A stretch of 53,265 nucleotides of DNA, taken from Myxococcota bacterium (GTDB lineage: Bacteria; Myxococcota_A; UBA796; CAJQPC01). Numbering within the stretch: position 1 is the first letter of the stretch; each line of letters begins with the position of its first letter. The notes below the pieces were generated by a model. That model did not search any database. It was not told the DNA's origin and worked only from the letters and a program-made list of their open reading frames with translations. The stretch is taken from contig DASCPX010000245.1 in the NCBI GenBank assembly GCA_036012755.1, positions 1-53,265 of the forward strand, in the 5' to 3' direction. Shown here one piece after another: positions 43,875 to 53,265 of this stretch. A program made the translations under genes and the position numbers.

Positions 43875-45473
43875 GTGAGGCGCAAGTTGGCAGTCTTGGA
43901 GAGCCGCGGGGTCATTGCGGCCATGCTCCTCTGCGGGGTCGCGTTGGTCCTCCACGCGGTGCTGAATCCACTGTGGCCGCGGGCTTGGATCCTGACTGGC
44001 ATCCCGGTCGTCTGCGCCCTTGGTTGCGCCGTCATTCCGTCGGTCCGAGGCATCGGCGTCTCGGCGCGGTGGAGCTGGCGGCGGGACGGAGCGATCCTGC
44101 TCGGCGTCGCCTTCGGCGGCGTGGCGCTCTGGACCCTCGCGCTGGCGCCGCCGCGGTTGCCGATCGGCCCGCTCACCGCCTCCGACTTCTACCAGTACTG
44201 CCAGGTGGTCATCGAGACACCACTGGCAAAGGGGCACCACAACCGCCCGGAGTCCTTCGCGTGGCTTCCGCGTCTCTTCCTCGACGACCTTGGCGTGGTC
44301 GGCAGTCTGGGGCTCGCCGCCCTGGTCTGGTCATTCGTGCTGTGCGCGGGTCTCTACATCTGGGGTCGCTCGCTGCATGGTCCCGTCGCCGGCGTGACGG
44401 TCGTCCTCATGGCCAGCGCCCTGGGGCCGGTCGTCGTCTTGTCACGGACGGTGACCGCGTACCCGCAGGGTGTCGCGACCTCTGTGCTGGCGATGGCCCT
44501 GGCCGTAGCCGCCTGGCGGTTCCGCCACCCCTTCGCCTTCCTGCTCGCCGGACTCGGGGTGCTCGCCTGCCTGTTGACCCAGCAGAGCGCGGTCTTCACC
44601 GCCGTGCCTGCCGTGAGCATCGCGCTGGTCGGGGTCGCTGGGATCCGCTCTTGGAGGGCGGGGTTGTCGAGCCTCGTGCTCTTGCTGGTGCCCGTGGGGG
44701 CCGCCTGGGCGCTGGGCACCGTGGCCTTCCCAGAGCCCTTCGTCAGCTTGGACGCCCAGCTCCACTCCTTCTACCGAGACGGTTTCCGCCTCGCCGGCGA
44801 GGAGCTCCTGGTGGAGTCGCCCGGCGCCCGGGGCTGGGTCTGGGGACGGCCGGCTGGCCTCGGGTCCATCCTCGAGACGCTCGCTCGCATCCAGGAGCTC
44901 GCGGGCGCCATTCCGTCGGGGGGTCTGGGGGGCCTGACTCGTCACGCGACCGGCCGGCAGCTGCTGCTCCAGCCCTGGTTCTTCCCGGCCTGCGTCGGGG
45001 CGGTGTTCGTGGCCCTTCGGATGCTCCTTCGTGGACGCGTCGTCGCGCTCACGGTGCTCGCTGTGAGCGTCTCGCCCTTCCTCACCTCCCTCAAGACGGT
45101 CCACGACGTCCTCCCCATGGTCCGCTTCATCGCCGGAGGCCTGCCGGCCATCGCCCTGATCCTGGGCCTGGCGTTCGCCCTGGTCATCGCCCCGGACGAG
45201 GATCTGTCCCGGCGCGTGGATCTGCGGTCCGGGCTGCGCGTCGTCACCGGCCTGGTAGTGCTGTTCGTGTGCGTGGACGGGCTCGTCGACAGCTGGCTCA
45301 ACCCCTACGCTTCGTGGCGCATGGCGAACCTGGGCAACGTCGATCCCACCGAGTCCATCGAGAAGGCGGTGACCGCGCCAGAGGACCCGTGTCAGCGTCA
45401 CATGGCCGAGGATCTCGACCGCCTCGGCTGGATCGAGCCTGCCTGGTACCCGCAGGTGGAGCGGGGCCGATAG
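43875..45473 (+). CDS. Polytopic membrane protein, possibly GT-C glycosyltransferase-like
   Basis: About a dozen hydrophobic segments and an acidic loop motif (SDFYQY) after the N-terminal helices; AGGAAGG RBS before GTG at 43875. Family assignment is weak. Confidence 0.55.
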   Translation: MRRKLAVLESRGVIAAMLLCGVALVLHAVLNPLWPRAWILTGIPVVCALGCAVIPSVRGIGVSARWSWRRDGAILLGVAFGGVALWTLALAPPRLPIGPLTASDFYQYCQVVIETPLAKGHHNRPESFAWLPRLFLDDLGVVGSLGLAALVWSFVLCAGLYIWGRSLHGPVAGVTVVLMASALGPVVVLSRTVTAYPQGVATSVLAMALAVAAWRFRHPFAFLLAGLGVLACLLTQQSAVFTAVPAVSIALVGVAGIRSWRAGLSSLVLLLVPVGAAWALGTVAFPEPFVSLDAQLHSFYRDGFRLAGEELLVESPGARGWVWGRPAGLGSILETLARIQELAGAIPSGGLGGLTRHATGRQLLLQPWFFPACVGAVFVALRMLLRGRVVALTVLAVSVSPFLTSLKTVHDVLPMVRFIAGGLPAIALILGLAFALVIAPDEDLSRRVDLRSGLRVVTGLVVLFVCVDGLVDSWLNPYASWRMANLGNVDPTESIEKAVTAPEDPCQRHMAEDLDRLGWIEPAWYPQVERGR

Positions 45474-45481
45474 TGGTACCC

Positions 45482-45886
45482 ATGCTGCTCGTCTCCATCT
45501 GGCACGTCGCCTGGGCCGGCTCTGCCGCTGACCGGGTCCCGACGCCCCGACCCGAGCCTTGCATCGTTTTCGCCGCGGACCCGTGCGAGGGCGAGGTCGC
45601 CCAGGCCGCCGGCCTCGGCTACGCGGAGGTCCGGCTGGCGCTCAACGGAGTGATCCAGCACGCGCTGTACTGCGAGCGACCCGAGGGGCAGAGCGAGGTC
45701 CATCTCACGTTCGAGCTGGTCGTCGGCTGTGACGGCCTCGTCTCGAGCATCGAGACCAGCGACGACGGGGGCGCCCCCGACGCGTACGTCTCCTGCGTCT
45801 CCTCGGTCATCGAGAAGGCCGACTTCCCCGCCCACGACATGCCGGACGGGATGCCCGTGACCTACCCGGTAGACGTGTCCTGGTAG
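45482..45886 (+). CDS. Secreted AgmX/PglI-C (TonB-C-like) domain protein
   Basis: L...EVR......C......TFELVVG.DG.V........CV...I....FP.....VTYPV. Confidence 0.7.
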   Translation: MLLVSIWHVAWAGSAADRVPTPRPEPCIVFAADPCEGEVAQAAGLGYAEVRLALNGVIQHALYCERPEGQSEVHLTFELVVGCDGLVSSIETSDDGGAPDAYVSCVSSVIEKADFPAHDMPDGMPVTYPVDVSW

Positions 45887-46276
45887 TCAGAAGACGAAGG
45901 GGTACTTCACGATGGCCTTGTCGCCCCGCTCCAAGGGGGGAAAGCGGGCCTCGGTGATCCTCGCCTCGAGACAGGCCTCGGTCTCCGGCTGGCGCAACGA
46001 GGTAGACACCGTCTCGCTCTTCGACACACTTCCGTCCATGGCGATGGTGAACTGGACGAGGACCTTCCCGGTGCCGAGCTGGTGGCAGCCGGCGTAGTCC
46101 ACGGCTGCCACACCGGACTCGACCGCCTCTGTGCTGATGCCGCCGAGCACGACGGGGCGGGGGAGGATGGGCTCGCCTCCGATGGAGCCGGCGACAGGGG
46201 CCTCGACGGGTTCCTCGGGCGCGGGTTCGACCACGGCTTCGGGTTCGGGTTCGCAGGAGAGGAGGAGGAGCAACAC
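45887..46276 (-). CDS. Lipoprotein with an AgmX/PglI-C (TonB-C-like) domain
   Basis: MLLLLLSC; GKVLVQFTI..DGSVS...SL.....EACL...I....FP......IVKYPFVF. Confidence 0.8.
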   Translation of the reverse strand: MLLLLLSCEPEPEAVVEPAPEEPVEAPVAGSIGGEPILPRPVVLGGISTEAVESGVAAVDYAGCHQLGTGKVLVQFTIAMDGSVSKSETVSTSLRQPETEACLEARITEARFPPLERGDKAIVKYPFVF

Positions 46277-46364
46277 GCGGAGAGCTTACGCCCACCACGC
46301 CACCAGGCGCCCCCCGAGTCCTGATGTGGAGTGGCTGGGCGTGGGTTACGGGGGTTCCGGTTCC

Positions 46365-48101
46365 ATGCGCCCTTCGCCCCAGACTCCCCTCGATGCTCGG
46401 GACTTCGCCGTCCTTGGTCGCGTCGCCTTGCTGAGCGGACTCAGGCCCTTTCCGGATGGCATCGACCACGCCCTCGATGTGCTGCGGGTCGGGGCCGAGG
46501 CGGACGCCTGCGAGCTCTTCCTGCTGGATCACACCGGAGAGGAGCTGCTCCTGGTCGGCTGCACGGGGCCGGACTCCCAGGCCTTCGCCACGCAGGAGCG
46601 CTTCGACGTCGGTCAGGGCTTCCCGGGGATCGTCGCGAACAAGCAGGAGCCGCTGACCTCTCGGGACCTGGCGAAGGACCCGCGGTTCCTGCGCTCGGTC
46701 GTCACCACCCTCGGGTACAAGGCCTTCGCCTGTGCGCCCGTCGTCCGCGGGGATCGGCTCCTCGGCACCATCCACCTTGCGTGGAAGAGAGACAAGCCCG
46801 CGGTCGACCGTGGTCTCCGGCTGCTAGACGCTGCCGGTCCGACGATCGCAACGAACCTGGTGGCCTCCTTCGCCGACCTGCTGCTGCCTCCCGAGTCTGG
46901 CGAGATCGTCTCCGCGGGCGGCCCGAGTCGGCTGGCGGAGCGCTTCCGGATCGCTGGTCGAGCGGACGCAGCGACGGTGATCCTGATCGGACCGGAGGGC
47001 GAGACCACCGGCATCGGCTCCAGCGGTACGGTCGAGCTGGGCTGCTCGCACGTGTCCACATGTGTCAGCACGCTGCAGGAGGGGCGCTGCGTGGTCCTGC
47101 GTGGTGACCGTTCGCAGTGGTCGGAGCACTGTCGGGAGCTGCCGGAGGGCTTCGCGCGAGTCATCGCCGTGCCCATGGTGCAGGACGACCGGGCCGTGGG
47201 GGTTGCCTTCATGGGCTACGAGCACGACTCGATCGCCCCCCACACGCGTCGGCTCGGGGCGCTGCGAACTGTCGCTGACGATGTCGCCCTCCACATCCGC
47301 CCGGCGCTGGCCGTGGTCCCGACTCGGAGCCCGGCGTCGGTTCGCCTCAGGCTGCGTTGCCTCGGACCCTTCGCCGCCTTCGTCGACGGCCGAGAGCTCG
47401 CCCGCAAGGACTTCGGCCGTGCCAAGGCCATCGAGCTGCTCAAGGTGCTCGTCATGATGCGGGGCTGCCCGATCTCCCGCGACGCCCTGGTGGAGCGGCT
47501 GTGGCCGGACAAGGACCTGAAGGCCGGCGCTCGGAACCTCCATGTGGCGATGCACGCCCTCCGGCGGGCTGTCGAGCCAGAGGTCGAGGGTCGGCAGTGG
47601 GTTCACATCCGGAACCGCGAGGACATGTTCTTCCTGGACCTCCGCTCCTCCTGCTTCGTCGACGTAGAGGAGGTCTGGCGCCTGCTCGCCCAGTCCCACC
47701 CAGCACCTGGAAGCCCGGTCCGAAAGGTCATTCGCGTCCTGGAGCGGATCCACGGGCTCTACCGCGGCCGCCTCTTCGCTGACGATCCGGAAGCCGAGTG
47801 GTGCGCGGTCGAGCGAGAGGCTCTCCACGGCGAGTACGTCGACGCCCTCGTCCGGCTGGCGGATCTCGGCGCTGGGGCGGACTCGGAGCGGGCGATCTCG
47901 CTGTTGCGCCAGGCGACTCTCCTGGAACCCCTGAGAGAGGACGTCCAGCGGGAGCTGATCCGCTCGCTCTGGACAGCTGGGCGGCGTCACGAAGCCCGGG
48001 ACCGCTACCAGCTGTGCATCCGGATCCTCCGCGAGGAGCTCGACGTGGCCCCGGCACCTGCCACCCTGCAGCTCGGTGAGCTGGTCTTCCAGGCGAGCTG
48101 A
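46365..48101 (+). CDS. GAF-GAF-wHTH-BTAD (SARP-type) transcriptional regulator, DnrS-like
   Basis: GAF (GQGFPGIVA...DPRF...CAPV...LGTI); second GAF-like region with four Cys; LRCLGPF...KA.ELLK.L...RD.LVE.LWP; LYRG.LF...EPLRED..RELI...EELDV.P. Confidence 0.9.
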   Translation: MRPSPQTPLDARDFAVLGRVALLSGLRPFPDGIDHALDVLRVGAEADACELFLLDHTGEELLLVGCTGPDSQAFATQERFDVGQGFPGIVANKQEPLTSRDLAKDPRFLRSVVTTLGYKAFACAPVVRGDRLLGTIHLAWKRDKPAVDRGLRLLDAAGPTIATNLVASFADLLLPPESGEIVSAGGPSRLAERFRIAGRADAATVILIGPEGETTGIGSSGTVELGCSHVSTCVSTLQEGRCVVLRGDRSQWSEHCRELPEGFARVIAVPMVQDDRAVGVAFMGYEHDSIAPHTRRLGALRTVADDVALHIRPALAVVPTRSPASVRLRLRCLGPFAAFVDGRELARKDFGRAKAIELLKVLVMMRGCPISRDALVERLWPDKDLKAGARNLHVAMHALRRAVEPEVEGRQWVHIRNREDMFFLDLRSSCFVDVEEVWRLLAQSHPAPGSPVRKVIRVLERIHGLYRGRLFADDPEAEWCAVEREALHGEYVDALVRLADLGAGADSERAISLLRQATLLEPLREDVQRELIRSLWTAGRRHEARDRYQLCIRILREELDVAPAPATLQLGELVFQAS

Positions 48102-48119
48102 GAGGGTGTCTCTCGACTT

Positions 48120-48151
48120 GTAAGTGGTCAGTAAGTGACCACTGGTATTAG
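48120..48151 (+). promoter_or_regulatory. Candidate SARP operator and -10 region of the nar operon
   Basis: GTAAGTG at 48120-48126 and 48131-48137 (11-bp period), 8 bp upstream of TATTAG (48146-48151); overlapping inverted repeat AGTGGTCA-N5-TGACCACT. Confidence 0.6.
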
Positions 48152-48181
48152 GACTTCCCCCGAAATAAGGGAGTCGGTTCC

Positions 48182-49063
48182 ATGGGCAAGCTCGAACGCC
48201 TCACCTTCGCTGGCGCCGTTCTGGGCTGCTGGTTCGTCGCAGGGCCTGCAGCGGCCGAGACGGGCGAGGAGATCTTCACGGCCACGTGCTCGGCCTGCCA
48301 CACGATCGGGGGTGGCCGACTGGTCGGTCCCGATCTCGCGGGGGTCTCGGAGCGTCGCGACGCCGAGTGGCTCGCCAAGTTCGTCAAGTCCCCTCAGACC
48401 GTGATCGACAGCGGCGATGCGGACGCCAAGGCGATGCTCGGCGAGTACGGGATGGTCATGCCGGCCCCGCCCATCGACGACGCCCAGATCAAGCTCGTCC
48501 TCACCTACCTCGAGACCGCGGGTGCGGACCCCGACGTGCAGGACCCCGACAACGGCACCGCCGAGCCCGACGAGCCCGTGGTTCCGGTCGAGCCGCAAGC
48601 CACGCCGGAGGAGATCGAGGCCCGGGTCGAGCTCGGCCAGAACCTCTTCCAGGGCACGACCCGCCTCGAAAACGGCGGCCCGCCCTGCAACTCCTGTCAC
48701 GACGTCGCCAACGACGCGATCATGGGCGGCGGTGTGCTCGCGAAGGAGCTCACCTCCGTCTTCAGCCGGCTGGGCGAGCCCGGTGTGCGGGCCATCCTGG
48801 GGTCGCCTCCCTTCCCGGTGATGGGGGCGGCGTACAAGGACCACCCCCTCACCGAGGACGAGGTGGTCGCCCTGGTGACCTTCCTCGAGGACACCGAGAA
48901 GCAGCGCGCGATGCCCAAGGACTACGGCGTCGGGCTCGCGGCCTCCGGGGGCGTCGGCGCCCTGGGCCTCCTCGTGCTCTACACGATGCTCTGGAGTCGC
49001 CGGAAGAAGGCCTCCGTCTACAGCAAGATCTACGACCGTCAGATCAAGTCTTCAGACCTCTGA
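48182..49063 (+). CDS. narC: Membrane-anchored dihaem cytochrome c of the nitrate reductase operon (NarC-like)
   Basis: Signal peptide, CSACHTIGGG..VGPDL and CNSCH, C-terminal TM helix plus basic tail; directly upstream of narG. Confidence 0.8.
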   Translation: MGKLERLTFAGAVLGCWFVAGPAAAETGEEIFTATCSACHTIGGGRLVGPDLAGVSERRDAEWLAKFVKSPQTVIDSGDADAKAMLGEYGMVMPAPPIDDAQIKLVLTYLETAGADPDVQDPDNGTAEPDEPVVPVEPQATPEEIEARVELGQNLFQGTTRLENGGPPCNSCHDVANDAIMGGGVLAKELTSVFSRLGEPGVRAILGSPPFPVMGAAYKDHPLTEDEVVALVTFLEDTEKQRAMPKDYGVGLAASGGVGALGLLVLYTMLWSRRKKASVYSKIYDRQIKSSDL

Positions 49064-49086
49064 TCAACTAGCAAGCGGGAAAAAAC

Positions 49087-52701
<3,615 letters not shown>

Positions 52702-52740
52702 TGACCGGTACTTCGCACGACTGCTGCAAGGAGACCTGAA

Positions 52741-53265
<525 letters not shown>

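Overview
GC-rich, densely coding bacterial chromosome segment, probably from a Myxococcota-like lineage (inferred from a MYXO-CTERM-like tail, AgmX/PglI-type domains, a kinase-FGE fusion, PilT paralogues and many lipoproteins). The left end carries a heme-copper oxidase operon: dihaem cyt c4, a 35-aa microprotein, subunits II, I and III, a subunit IV-cytochrome c fusion, a second subunit III and a CxxC microprotein, with a divergent DUF420 gene. Subunit I keeps the A1 HPEVY motif and the D-channel but lacks the recognisable K-channel residues. The middle holds a kinase-FGE gene, an orphan ABC binding protein, a TetR/SGNH pair, tandem pilT with a cNMP protein, an orphan ParA followed by a SEC-C/RelE-like fusion, a BCCT transporter, a GreA-like protein, a GMC oxidoreductase, several gene remnants, purL and many secreted proteins. 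The right end has a GAF-GAF-SARP/BTAD regulator (DnrS-like) followed by narC-narG-narH (partial). Two window-wide patterns stand out: very short signal peptides with no basic n-region (often Cys at position 6-9), and TANNNT hexamers 6-7 nt before start codons, suggesting leaderless transcription. No rRNA, tRNA, CRISPR array or mobile element was recognised. All calls come from reading motifs by eye; no database searches were run.
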